Source: Candidatus Poribacteria bacterium (GTDB lineage Bacteria > Poribacteria > WGA-4E > PCPOR2b). Taken from it: DNA of 64,000 bases. The notes under the pieces were generated by a model. It saw only the letters and a list, made by a program, of their open reading frames with translations. It made no database searches and was not told the DNA's origin. The position numbers and the translations under genes are program-made. This document shows positions 40,856 through 51,010 of the stretch, piece after piece; within the stretch, counting starts at the first letter, position 1; each line of letters begins with the position of its first letter. Where the stretch lies: NCBI GenBank assembly GCA_965208675.1, contig OZ242351.1, forward strand, positions 2,400,001 to 2,464,000, read 5' to 3'.

Positions 40856-42706
40856 TCAGCCAGCCCTCAACGACACGACAGGCAGATACAACCCTTTCCG
40901 CTCACGCCGCCACCACGCGCCTTCCGCCTGTTTCGTATCGAAATCGGTGAACTGATAATCGTATAGGACAGCGCGGATGTATCGCGGCGGCGCATCGGGG
41001 AATGGGTTCTCTTCGAGCAGACCCAAGACTTCGGGCGACCCTTGCAGCAAACGCTCAATAAATTCTACAAACCAGCGATTCGTCCGATAACTTCCAAGCG
41101 CGGCAAACCACATCTGCCAGTCCAGTCGCGGCTGATGCGGCGCCGCCCAGCGCGGACGACCCGTCAAATCGACCGGTTTCCACTTAAACGAGTATTCGGT
41201 CCATGTCTGGCGGTCGTTGCTCCCTTCGACGACAATCTCCGGTCGAGACGTCGTCATCACAGCAAACAGGCCGTAGGAATTAATGCTCCGGAAGGGTGAA
41301 GCCCAGTTCAGGACATGTTGGGCGGGCTGCGGCAAACTCGATCCCCGCTGGAATAAACGCGCCATCTGAATACCGCTCACCAGAAGCACAACCACTGTTA
41401 GCGCGGCTACCCACACGTTTCGATAGTGTGAGTTCCTCGGCACCGCCTCTGGCGCATTGAACCTTGAGAACAACCGTTTCAGCGGAATGCCCTGAAAAAA
41501 AGTGTCGTCGAGCAACAGGATACATAGCGCGATGGTCAGTAGATTGAAGAAGCAATAGTTGCCTGTCGCTATAATCAGGAGTTGTAAGGCGAGGAATGCT
41601 GCGCATGCTACAAACCGCAGCCGCCGCGGCGCGAAAATCAGGAAGGGCACACCGAGTTCAATGACGAACATCCCCACAACGGATACGGACTGGAACCAGT
41701 CGGGCAGTTGATGGGCATACCAGCTTATCCACGTCGGCAGCGGCTGCGTTTCGTAATGATAATTGAGCGCGGTCAGGTTGCGCCAAGTTTCATCGGCGCT
41801 CACTAATTTCACGGCCCCCGACGCAAACATGAGCCGAAACAATAGCCATCGTAACAACCACAATACCGTCGGCGACGGCGGGGATTTGCGCGAGGACTTC
41901 GGCAGAATCTGCGATGGCGCAAAAAAAATCGCCAGAAAGCCGGTTTCCAACAGTAAAACATCCCACTGAAAACTAAGGAAATCTTGGCCAATCGCTGCCA
42001 GCGAAAGGTAAAATGCCCATAGCCCAATCAGTGCATAAATCGGCGCAAACCCAAAAATGAGCAATATCGACAAAAGCGTTCCGCAGCCACAAAGGAGATG
42101 CAAGAAACCGTCGCTGGTGTTGAGCCAATACAGCGTTGGGATTAACCGATAGCGCTCGTGGCCGCTTTGCGCCCGCACGGCTTCAAGATATTCCTGTGCG
42201 GGCAATATGCCTTTGCTCCCCACCAGTCCGTCAATCTGCGTCCACAACGAGATGAATGCGATGAGGTAAACCGCACCGAGCATTCGGAGGAACAGCCATC
42301 GAGTAAATTGGTATTCGGGGCGCCCCTCATGTTCCCCCCACAACCATCTGGTCAATGCGGAGAAAATGCCCCGATGCTCTGCAATGAATCGGTAAACCCA
42401 CTCGGTTGACGAGGAAAATCCCGGAATCCTACGATACATCCACAGCGGCCATCCCATGCGCGGCGCGTGACCGAGTGTGCGAAAAACCGCTTCAGCGCCG
42501 CCGTACACTTCTCCATTCGGTTCAACGAATAGTACCGCGGTTTCGAACCGTTCCGGCGAAATTTCAGGAAATCGGCTAGCAACTTGGGATGACGGCGCAT
42601 ATCTAACAAGATTACCCGTTAAGTGCCGCCACCGGGCAACCCAAAAACGGCAGAATTTACATTCGCCGTCGTAAACTAGCAAGGGTATGTCCGTGTTCGT
42701 CCTCAT
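40856..42706 (-). CDS. Lipase maturation factor family protein with an N-terminal DCC1-like (DUF393) thiol-disulfide domain
   Basis: YDGECKFC; F.SFQWD.LLLETGF, HYETQPLP, NSYGLFAVMT..RPE and PHQPRLDWQMWFAAL. Confidence 0.93.
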   Translation of the reverse strand: MRTNTDIPLLVYDGECKFCRFWVARWRHLTGNLVRYAPSSQVASRFPEISPERFETAVLFVEPNGEVYGGAEAVFRTLGHAPRMGWPLWMYRRIPGFSSSTEWVYRFIAEHRGIFSALTRWLWGEHEGRPEYQFTRWLFLRMLGAVYLIAFISLWTQIDGLVGSKGILPAQEYLEAVRAQSGHERYRLIPTLYWLNTSDGFLHLLCGCGTLLSILLIFGFAPIYALIGLWAFYLSLAAIGQDFLSFQWDVLLLETGFLAIFFAPSQILPKSSRKSPPSPTVLWLLRWLLFRLMFASGAVKLVSADETWRNLTALNYHYETQPLPTWISWYAHQLPDWFQSVSVVGMFVIELGVPFLIFAPRRLRFVACAAFLALQLLIIATGNYCFFNLLTIALCILLLDDTFFQGIPLKRLFSRFNAPEAVPRNSHYRNVWVAALTVVVLLVSGIQMARLFQRGSSLPQPAQHVLNWASPFRSINSYGLFAVMTTSRPEIVVEGSNDRQTWTEYSFKWKPVDLTGRPRWAAPHQPRLDWQMWFAALGSYRTNRWFVEFIERLLQGSPEVLGLLEENPFPDAPPRYIRAVLYDYQFTDFDTKQAEGAWWRRERKGLYLPVVSLRAG

Positions 42707-42874
42707 CTATTGATAGCAGATTGCGAATTGACTCCGCATCACACCGCGCTTGGAAAAACCATTCTAATCAGGCCGCAGTAACACGCCATTTATAATCAGC
42801 TGCATCACAACTCTCCCACATTGCCCTGAAAATGGAATGCTGGACCATACGCAGAGTCTATAACCGCCCGCCGG

Positions 42875-44698
42875 TTAAAACATCCCGTTAATCACTAGCA
42901 TAGCGCTGGTCTCGTCGCCCTGCTGAAATCCGGTTGCATACAGAACGTTCGTTTCGTCAATATAGGTATATTCGTTATATCCGAAAAAGTGTATGATTGA
43001 AAAATTTAGCCGAAACGCTCTGTTGAGGTCGTAACGGAACCCAGCGCCCCAATCCGACAAGTGCGCTCTGAAGTCAAACAATCTGAAGTTCTGCGGGTCA
43101 AATGCATCATTAATATAGTCGGTTCGAATGACATTAAAGTAGGCAAATGCTGAGGCTTCCCGGTAGGTGTAAGGGTTATGATTTCGGATGAGCGTAGCGT
43201 CAAATTGGACACGATCCTCCCAAAATACCTCAGTAGATTCGTCGTCCTGATTGAAAGTTCCTCTAAAGTCCTCAAAATCTCTCGCGCGGTAAAAACTCTC
43301 ATCGACAGATTTAAAGTAGGCAAGGTCGTTGGAAACTGCAAAACGCAAGTCTTCATTATAATCATAAGCTAACGTAGCCTTTAGACCGGTGCGATGGAGT
43401 CTGGCACGTCCGTCATAATCGGCTTTGTTGAAGAGATCGGCATCCAGATCGTCCCGATTATCTATTTCAATGTCATCTACATTGACAAGGTATTGCAAGC
43501 TGACTTCTGTCTGGAATGCAGACGAAATCAAGCCGGTTACCGGGGCGAACTGCCGAAACTTTAAAGTTTCGGTATCTATAAAATACAGGTTCCCGCTGTA
43601 ATCGATGCCTTTGAGTTTGAGATGCGCATGCTTCTCATTTTCCCGACTAAAACGAATTAGAATTCTTTCCGCAAATTGACCATCGGGGTGGAATCGTTGT
43701 ACACATCGGTAACGTGCACGAAAGACGCGGTAAGGATACCCGCCAAACTGAAATGGGTCGTACACCCGCCGAGGCAAATCAGACACAAAATCCTTTTTAT
43801 ATTTGGACTTATCTGCAACAAGAACCGACCCATCATCTATCGTTATGAGATGAAAAGGAGAGATAAACTGTCCAGCCCGATCGCCGTATTCTCCGAACGA
43901 CAGCGTATGCTTTCCATTTCCATCAAATTTCAACACAAGATGCGATGCTTCATCAACAATGTAAAGATTTCCCTGGCGGTCTACTGCCATGTCGGCGGCT
44001 TTTAATACCTGTCCCACACGCGGTTGGTCAGTATTAAAAGTCGTCACAGATTTGTCATGCGCCCCTAATTTGTAGATTTTCCCGGCATCGTATATGTATA
44101 AATTCTCGCGATTGTCAACTGCTAGTAGAAAAGAACGCTCTGTATCGCCTTGGGGAATAACTAGCGCGTAGTTCCCGTCGGCGTCAAGTCCCGGCACAGC
44201 CCTTTCGAGCCGCTGTATCCTTTTGCTATAATCTTGGATATGGTAGCTCGCCACGAACTCGCCGCTCGAATCAAATCGGTGGACGCACGGGCCGTAGTTA
44301 AAAATTTTGGGACGTTCCGCACCTCCACTATCATCATGAAGGATTTCACTGTCTACGATTTGCGTTATAGTCCAATCCATGACGTAGATAGATCGGTCTT
44401 CTCCAACTGCAATATCTGTGGGATATATAAAAGTGAATTTTTCCGGATCGGTTGACTTGATTTCAAAGATGAACTGCCCGTTGGCATCAAGCTTTTGAAT
44501 TCTTGCGTTATCGGTGTCAGTAACATAAATGCCCCCGTCCCGATCGAACGCGATGAACACGGTCTCGCCGAATTGACCTGCCTGTTTGCCTTTCCCCCCA
44601 AATCCCTTGACAAACTTAACTTCCTGGTGTGCTGAGACTATGGATTGAACCAACAGGCTCGCAAACAGCACCCAATATACGTTGCGAAATAATGTCAA
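42875..44698 (-). CDS. Secreted NHL-repeat (beta-propeller) protein with a probable C-terminal outer-membrane beta-barrel
   Basis: G...GQF...IA.D..G.IYV.D..N.RIQK repeats; C-terminal alternating aromatic strands ending in Phe. Confidence 0.75.
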   Translation of the reverse strand: MTLFRNVYWVLFASLLVQSIVSAHQEVKFVKGFGGKGKQAGQFGETVFIAFDRDGGIYVTDTDNARIQKLDANGQFIFEIKSTDPEKFTFIYPTDIAVGEDRSIYVMDWTITQIVDSEILHDDSGGAERPKIFNYGPCVHRFDSSGEFVASYHIQDYSKRIQRLERAVPGLDADGNYALVIPQGDTERSFLLAVDNRENLYIYDAGKIYKLGAHDKSVTTFNTDQPRVGQVLKAADMAVDRQGNLYIVDEASHLVLKFDGNGKHTLSFGEYGDRAGQFISPFHLITIDDGSVLVADKSKYKKDFVSDLPRRVYDPFQFGGYPYRVFRARYRCVQRFHPDGQFAERILIRFSRENEKHAHLKLKGIDYSGNLYFIDTETLKFRQFAPVTGLISSAFQTEVSLQYLVNVDDIEIDNRDDLDADLFNKADYDGRARLHRTGLKATLAYDYNEDLRFAVSNDLAYFKSVDESFYRARDFEDFRGTFNQDDESTEVFWEDRVQFDATLIRNHNPYTYREASAFAYFNVIRTDYINDAFDPQNFRLFDFRAHLSDWGAGFRYDLNRAFRLNFSIIHFFGYNEYTYIDETNVLYATGFQQGDETSAMLVINGMF

Positions 44699-45150
44699 CG
44701 CTCACCTCTACTCGTATTAAAATCCTTCATATCAACCGTGTTACATGCCGTGTCTTTAATCTTGTCGAGCACTGCGTTAATGAATTTCGGCGAATCTTCT
44801 GTGCTATATTTTTTGGAAAGTTCAATTGCTTCATTTATGGATACTGTAGCGGGGATGTCAACAAGAAAAAGGATTTCATAGGTTGCACTTCTTAGGAGAC
44901 AGCGATCAACAACGGGCATTCGATGCACAGGCCAACTGCTTGCCGCCGCTTTGCGAATTGCCGGATCGATTTTAGTAAGGGACTTCAGCGTCCCTTCAAC
45001 AAGAAGATTGGCAAAGGTCTTAATCTCTGCCTTCGCCTTCGTTGTTTTCCAGAAACGCTCTTGAACAGCACCAATTGAATCGCTTGTCAAATCTGCCTGG
45101 TACAACATCTGAAGCGCGAATACTCTTGCTTGCCTGCGCGGTCTCATCAC
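44695..45150 (-). CDS. nusB: Transcription antitermination factor NusB
   Basis: RR.AR..ALQ.LYQ, W...RM..VDR..LR...YE and V.INEAIEL.K.Y......KFINAVLD. Confidence 0.97.
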   Translation of the reverse strand: MMRPRRQARVFALQMLYQADLTSDSIGAVQERFWKTTKAKAEIKTFANLLVEGTLKSLTKIDPAIRKAAASSWPVHRMPVVDRCLLRSATYEILFLVDIPATVSINEAIELSKKYSTEDSPKFINAVLDKIKDTACNTVDMKDFNTSRGER

Positions 45151-45309
45151 AATCGCTCACTCAATAGAATGTTCCAAATTTCCTACAATCAAAGTTACAT
45201 TGTAGCAATCCGACGTTGCGATGTCAATCAGTTTTACCTGTGCACAGTTGGGAACAGACGCACTCAAACAGTTTTCCATTCAGAATAACAGCGTCAGTAG
45301 GCGCGGTGA

Positions 45310-45510
45310 AAACCTTCTTGTTATCCGTGTGATTGATGGCGACACAGTTGTAGTGAGAAGCTGAGGTCTTCACACAAAATTATCCAATGGGTTTGCGTGT
45401 GCGGTTAATGTTCGGGCTTTCTCGCAGTGACCGATACGGCAGGCTGAAGGCTAATCTCTACCATGGTTTTGGCTGGAATGAGGATTTGATGCGGTTTGGA
45501 TTCGGCAGAA
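45310..45510 (+). pseudogene. Degraded thermonuclease remnant
   Basis: Fragments VIRVIDGDTVVV, DRYGRLKANLY and RFGFGR match the SNase motifs of 13688-14173, with stops and frameshifts. Confidence 0.55.
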
Positions 45511-45599
45511 CAGCACTAGGTAACATAGGAAGGCTGATGATGGGAGTGCGAATCTGAATGCGTGAGGTCTCCGATTGGGCTTACTTGCTTTTTTGAACA

Positions 45600-45890
45600 T
45601 TTATCACGATGTTTTCATTTAGCGCTTGCTCAAAATCCTCCATGGCTTTCAATGCTAAAGCCGTTTAGCGACTAACGTGCACGTTCTTATCTGCTGATTC
45701 CTGAATCAATGCCGGCACTGCTGCTTCGCCAATTTAGATGAGGGATTCAGCCGCGCTGTCTCGGACATCCGCAGCCGTATGTTCAAGTTTCTGAATTTAT
45801 GATGCGATGTCCTTACCTTGAGCATGAGATACAATGCTCGCCACGCGCCGAATATAGACATATAAGTACACCCCGATTGTGCTTGTTCAT
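45600..45890 (-). pseudogene. Degraded HEAT-repeat secreted protein remnant
   Basis: AAAGGAG RBS and ATG 45890; after a frameshift ...IAS*IQKLE...DVRDSAAESLI*IGEAAVPALIQ. Confidence 0.6.
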
Positions 45891-45909
45891 TGTTATTGAA
45901 CTCCTTTAA

Positions 45910-46983
45910 CTAGAGCGGGGCTGCTCTAGTTGTAAAGGGAAAATTATAGAGTAACTGTTGTCCTACCCTGTCTTCTGCGTCTATCTTAACATCATATTTT
46001 GTTGAATAATCTAATTGCTCAATTCCGACAAACTTCCAAGTAGCAATACCAGAGCAGCCTTTGATTGTTTCATTGTGAATACGAGCGGGACTAAGTGTTA
46101 TTGCAGGGGTAATCTCACAGAAGGCTTCTGCCATTGGTCTGTCAAAAACAACGTGAATTATTCGTGTGTTTTCTGGGTCAACGTCTCGCCCTATTGGGTA
46201 ATGTTCAACGATTCGCGGCGCGGTGATGTCAAAATCCGGCATCCAATACCAACCTACAAAAGAAAGTGGCTGCACATTATAATTTACGTTTAGAAAATCA
46301 CTTATGACTAATGATCCCACATTGATTAGGTTATCTGTGTCGTCGGGTTCAAGAAATCCAAATTGTCGCCGGCATTGATTCCATGTAATGACATCAGTCG
46401 GTTCTGTTTCTTGCAGTTGAATCCGCTAGTTACCAAACAAAATACGGCCAGAGTTTGGGATAATTGGTTCATTGAAGGTGATACGAAACTCTTGCGTAAG
46501 GGCGTCTAGTTCGACCGGTCTCGAGCGCTGAACGCTTGGCTTTGGATAGACTGCTATCACACGCGGGGAGTTACTCTGTAAATCTAAGGTTACTTTAAGC
46601 GTGTCTTTATGGATGCCGGCTTCATCTTCGTAGATTACCATTAAAACCACTTCCCTGTCAGGACTCCTCTCTATTTGAAGATTCCACACGTCTTCTAAGC
46701 GGTTGCTGTCTAGTTTCCAAACCGTTGCCGGCGGTTCTCCACTGGGTCGGGCTTTAGTAGAATGATTGATGTTCACCGCCAGAACAGGCTTATCAAAGTA
46801 AAGTTCAATTATTGTAGAAGTCTTAATTATGCCACTACCATGTAGTGGCAGCCAGTAGTGCTTGAACGTACCCTGATCAAAACCAAGGGCATCTATCAGC
46901 CGTGCAGGTTGCAATTCCTCTTCCGCGGAGCAGCTCATGAGCAGACAAAATACACAAAAGAGCGTTAAACTTTTCAACAGCAT
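45910..46983 (-). pseudogene. Ig-like modular lipoprotein (modules A+B+C) with a single in-frame TAG (46426-46428)
   Basis: LMSC lipobox; ...GRILFGN*RIQLQETEPTDVITWNQC... in frame with ORF 45910-46320; colinear with 47813-48892. Confidence 0.85.
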
Positions 46984-46995
46984 GTCAAAATTCCT

Positions 46996-47793
46996 TTAAT
47001 CCGCCGTTTGGAATGTAATCACAAGAGGAGCATCCCTCTTTGTACCCCCAGCGCTATAAAGAGCCAATAGGTGGATTTCGTATTCACGCCCCGGCAATAA
47101 CCTAGCACCTTTACTTTCGGGCAACAGGATCGCCGTCTCGATTCTATCTGTCCAATACACTTTCCAATTAAGTTTCCATCGACCACTGTAAACTTCTATC
47201 CGGGTTCGGTGAGGATCTATCCGATTGCTGAAGCTAATCCTTATCCCTTCTTGGTTTAATTGATTGGCGTCGGCGTCAATCTGATTATTCGATACATTCG
47301 AGGAATCAATCGTTGGTGGTTCTGGGCCTAGCTCGTAATTGCCTAACGCGACTTTAAACGTTTCTTGATGCAAACCGGTTTTATCTTCATAGATTACCGT
47401 AAAAGGCACATTCTTTTTGGGAGTGCGGAAATAGGGTAAAGATGGCAGATTGAGTTCGCCAACTTTTACTATCCAAATCGTCGTCGGCGGTATGCCGTTA
47501 GGTCTTGCGTAACCAAGCACGTTATCCACATCAATAATCACCTGCGACACAGCTTTGTCAAACACAAGTTCTGCCCAATCTTGAAGCGCAAGTACCTCAT
47601 CCCCCTTGCCGTCGGGAAAATGCCAATCTCTAGTGTCTTGATAGTGATTGTCACTGGTGACTTTCATTAACCGCGCAGGTTGTATTTCAGGCATTACTTG
47701 TATGCCCTCATCTGAACAGCTTAGGAACAAAAACAGCACACAACATGGCATGGTGATTTTCAGTAACAACTCAAAAAACCTTGCGAATTTCAT
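46996..47793 (-). CDS. Modular lipoprotein (modules A+D, Ig-like)
   Basis: FLSC lipobox; QPARL...ELVFDK.V...IYED..G.H.ET; DAN.LN.EGI.I.F...W...WT...AILLPES...LPG.EYE. Confidence 0.8.
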   Translation of the reverse strand: MKFARFFELLLKITMPCCVLFLFLSCSDEGIQVMPEIQPARLMKVTSDNHYQDTRDWHFPDGKGDEVLALQDWAELVFDKAVSQVIIDVDNVLGYARPNGIPPTTIWIVKVGELNLPSLPYFRTPKKNVPFTVIYEDKTGLHQETFKVALGNYELGPEPPTIDSSNVSNNQIDADANQLNQEGIRISFSNRIDPHRTRIEVYSGRWKLNWKVYWTDRIETAILLPESKGARLLPGREYEIHLLALYSAGGTKRDAPLVITFQTAD

Positions 47794-47812
47794 TGTTTTT
47801 TCCCTCCTTTAG

Positions 47813-48892
47813 CTAGAACGGGGCTGCTCTAGTTGTAAAGGAATAATCGAATGCAGACGTACCGGCGAAATCTTCTACTTCAATTTTAACATCATATTTT
47901 GTAGAGTAATTTAACTGCTCAGTGCCGACAAATTCCCAAATAACAACACCAGTGCAGCTTTTGATGCTATCATTTTCAATATGAGCCGGACTCAATGTTA
48001 TTGCGGGGGCAATTTGACAAATCGCTGAGTACACTGACCTGTTGAATACCACGCGAATAAACCGTGTGGTTTCCGGGTCAACGTCCTGTCCTATTGGGTA
48101 GTATTCAAAGACTTTTGCAGGGCCAGGGTCAAAATTTGGCATTCTATACCACCCGACATAAGGGCGAGGCTGGACATCTCCATTTACATTCTGAAAATCA
48201 CGAATGGCCATTGAACCAATATTGTCCAGAAAAAATGGTCGGTAGCATTGATTCCATGTAATGGTATCAGTCGCTTCGGTCTCTTGTAGTTGAATAGTCG
48301 CAATATAAGGACTAGTGCCAAACAGGATACGACCTGAGTTTGGTATGATTGGCTCGTTGAAGGTGATACGAAATTCTTGCCTTGGAACTTCTCGATAGGT
48401 TATGTCAACCGCTTCAGTGCGTTGAGCACCGGGAGGGGGATCGACTGCTATCACACGAGGGGAGTCACTCTGTAAATCTAAGGTAACGTCTAGCGTGTCT
48501 TTATGGATGCCGGTTTCATCTTCGTAAATTATCATCAAGGTCACTTTCTTGTTTCGGCGATTCCACACGCCCTCTAAGCGATTGCTTTCCAGTCTCCAAA
48601 TCGTCGGCGGCGGCATTTCATCGGGTTGGGCTTTAGCCGAATAATTGATGCTTACCTCCAGAACAGGTTTATCAAAGACAAGCTCAATTATTGTAGTAGT
48701 CCCAATTATGCCAGGAAGCGGAAAGGAATCCTGTGGCGTATCTCTGTCATAGCCACGGGCTTCTATCAACCGCGCTGGCTGCAATTCCTCCTCCGTTGAG
48801 CAACCGATGAGCGAACACAAGCAAAGTAAGAGCGTTGTGGCATTTAGCTGGCTTATATCCCCCAAACCACCGATATATCGTGAATTAGCCAA
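47813..48892 (-). CDS. Modular lipoprotein (modules A+B+C, Ig-like); start uncertain
   Basis: LIGC lipobox; module A, QEFRITFNEPIIPNSGRI (B) and YPIGQDVDP...FTTRAAP (C). Confidence 0.8.
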   Translation of the reverse strand: MANSRYIGGLGDISQLNATTLLLCLCSLIGCSTEEELQPARLIEARGYDRDTPQDSFPLPGIIGTTTIIELVFDKPVLEVSINYSAKAQPDEMPPPTIWRLESNRLEGVWNRRNKKVTLMIIYEDETGIHKDTLDVTLDLQSDSPRVIAVDPPPGAQRTEAVDITYREVPRQEFRITFNEPIIPNSGRILFGTSPYIATIQLQETEATDTITWNQCYRPFFLDNIGSMAIRDFQNVNGDVQPRPYVGWYRMPNFDPGPAKVFEYYPIGQDVDPETTRFIRVVFNRSVYSAICQIAPAITLSPAHIENDSIKSCTGVVIWEFVGTEQLNYSTKYDVKIEVEDFAGTSAFDYSFTTRAAPF

Positions 48893-49494
48893 GAATTATC
48901 CTCTCTAATAAGTAAGACGTAATAACCTGCTCCCGATAAGAGATTGGTACTATTTCCAACGTAAACAAGCGCTTGAGTTCCCCCGGTATCAAAACCGATT
49001 CTCGAAAACTGCATAACCCCTTGAGCACCAGGAAATTTATCATAATAGCGATTCCAGCTATCGTTTATGCTGTCTATTAACTGGTCAATTTCTACATCAT
49101 TGCGAGGAAAGCATTCCCGAAGCTCTTGTTGCCCAAGGATTTTACACGGGACGCTGAGCGCAAGTTGTGCGCAATCAAGTGTTACAGATTGGCGATTGCG
49201 GCTTTCAACACTATTGAATGTCTCTGGAAACACGTTGATGTCGCGCGGTTTATAGAAGTCGGCATCAATAATCAAACTGGAATCAAACACTGTATCGCTT
49301 TCAATGACAATGAGTTTAATATCATCGCGAACATACATGTATTCTATCAATGCTCGGTAGACCGCGTACTCTGTCTCGCTTGTTATTACAAAGGGTTCAC
49401 CGCTGTCATCTGAACAACTTGCTAACGCCAGATAGAACACGAATAACGCGATAGACGACTTTCGAATGATGTAAGTCAGTTGCTGTATCCTCAC
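48853..49494 (-). CDS. Lipoprotein, family F paralog
   Basis: LASC lipobox; ETEYAVYRALIE, PGAQG.MQ.S.IGFDT.G.QALVYVGN and GAG.Y. Confidence 0.8.
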   Translation of the reverse strand: MRIQQLTYIIRKSSIALFVFYLALASCSDDSGEPFVITSETEYAVYRALIEYMYVRDDIKLIVIESDTVFDSSLIIDADFYKPRDINVFPETFNSVESRNRQSVTLDCAQLALSVPCKILGQQELRECFPRNDVEIDQLIDSINDSWNRYYDKFPGAQGVMQFSRIGFDTGGTQALVYVGNSTNLLSGAGYYVLLIREDNSWLIHDISVVWGI

Positions 49495-49508
49495 GTTTCT
49501 CCTTTAAC

Positions 49509-50141
49509 TCATGAAATCCAAAGCTCTGATATGTCGCGGATGACCCAAGTATTATCATCCTTTCTAACTAGCACGATGTAAAATCCTGCACCCGCTGTGT
49601 CAAAAGCTTGGTTGCCCACGTAGACGAGAGCTTGGCGTCCTTCGGTATCGAATCCGATTTTCGAAAGTTGCATAATCCCTTGTGCGCCGGGATAAATTTC
49701 ATAGAAGAGTAACCATTGGGACATCGGAGTCTCAAATTCTCTGTCGCCACGAGAGAAAAATTGTTGAACGTCTTGTCGATCAAGGATTTTACACGGGACG
49801 CTGAGCGCTAGTTTTGTGCAATCGAGCGTTTCAGATTGGCGGTTTCGGTTCTGAAAACTGTTGAATGTATTTAGCGAAACCACAAGATCTAGTGGTTTAT
49901 CCGATGTATTATAAAAGACTGCGCGTGCAGCGGTGTATGGGCGCAATTCAAAATCCAACACGGTTTTACTTTCAATGACAATCAGTTTAATGTCATTGTC
50001 AACGTACAGACCTTCAATCAACGCTCGGTAAACTGCGTACTCGGTCTCGGTAGTAATCATGAAGGGTTCGTCATAGTCTTCCGAGCAATTTGCGAACGCA
50101 AGAACGGCTATAAGAAACAGAAAATTCAACAGTATTTTCAT
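49509..50141 (-). CDS. Lipoprotein, family F paralog
   Basis: FANC lipobox-like motif; closely similar to 48853-49494. Confidence 0.8.
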   Translation of the reverse strand: MKILLNFLFLIAVLAFANCSEDYDEPFMITTETEYAVYRALIEGLYVDNDIKLIVIESKTVLDFELRPYTAARAVFYNTSDKPLDLVVSLNTFNSFQNRNRQSETLDCTKLALSVPCKILDRQDVQQFFSRGDREFETPMSQWLLFYEIYPGAQGIMQLSKIGFDTEGRQALVYVGNQAFDTAGAGFYIVLVRKDDNTWVIRDISELWIS

Positions 50142-50190
50142 CTTTCCTCCATGATATTAGAGATGGGTTTCCGCTGTCCATCACCGCATT

Positions 50191-50961
50191 TTACTGGTTT
50201 GCGGTCCAAAATCGAATCACAAAAGCCCCTTCTGCCGCCCCTCGTCCAAGTCCTGTCATATCATAATGGGAAAGCAGACGGACTTCATAGGGGCGCCCCG
50301 GTAAGAGCCGGTCATCTTCACTTTTAGGAAACAGGATAGCTGTCTCATAATCCTCTGTCCAATTGATTTCCCAACGCAGTATCATTCGACCGCTGTAAAC
50401 GACAATTCGGGTTCGTTGGGTGTCCATCGTCCTGTCGAATCCAATCTTAATCCCTTCTCTGTTCAAGCGCGCGGCGTCCACATTGACCTCACCCACCTGT
50501 GGATCGCCAGATATTATCGCAGAGGGGAACACGTCAACACTGTAAGCCGCTAACGTTACATCTAGCTTTTCTGAATGGACGCCGGCCTCATCTTCGTAAT
50601 TTATGGTCAAAATTACGCTTGCATTGAACCCTGTTTTGCCATCCCACACGTCTAATCGACTGCTGTCCAGCGTCCAAACCGCTGCGGGTGGGGTTTCATC
50701 GGATTCAGCGTTGACGCTATTGATGCTTACGCGACGCACAGGTTCATCAAAAGTAAGCTCGATTATCGAGGAGAACCAAATCGCACCACGACCATTTTCG
50801 TGAAACGGATAAGATCTCAAGGAATCCACATCAAAGGCACGGGCGTTTACCAGATGCGCTGGTTGCTTGTCCTGATCCGCAGAGCAGCCAATGAGCAAAG
50901 ACAGAAAGCAAAAAATCGCCGTACTACCCATCAGGATATCGCCATTTCTTGTGAATTTCAT
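50191..50961 (-). CDS. Modular lipoprotein (modules A+D)
   Basis: LIGC lipobox; paralog of 46996-47793 and 51011-51802; AAGGAGG RBS. Confidence 0.8.
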   Translation of the reverse strand: MKFTRNGDILMGSTAIFCFLSLLIGCSADQDKQPAHLVNARAFDVDSLRSYPFHENGRGAIWFSSIIELTFDEPVRRVSINSVNAESDETPPAAVWTLDSSRLDVWDGKTGFNASVILTINYEDEAGVHSEKLDVTLAAYSVDVFPSAIISGDPQVGEVNVDAARLNREGIKIGFDRTMDTQRTRIVVYSGRMILRWEINWTEDYETAILFPKSEDDRLLPGRPYEVRLLSHYDMTGLGRGAAEGAFVIRFWTANQ

Positions 50962-51010
50962 CGTGTTTGACCTCCTTTAACACTCTCCCAAGTTGCTGCA
51001 CGACCGGTAA

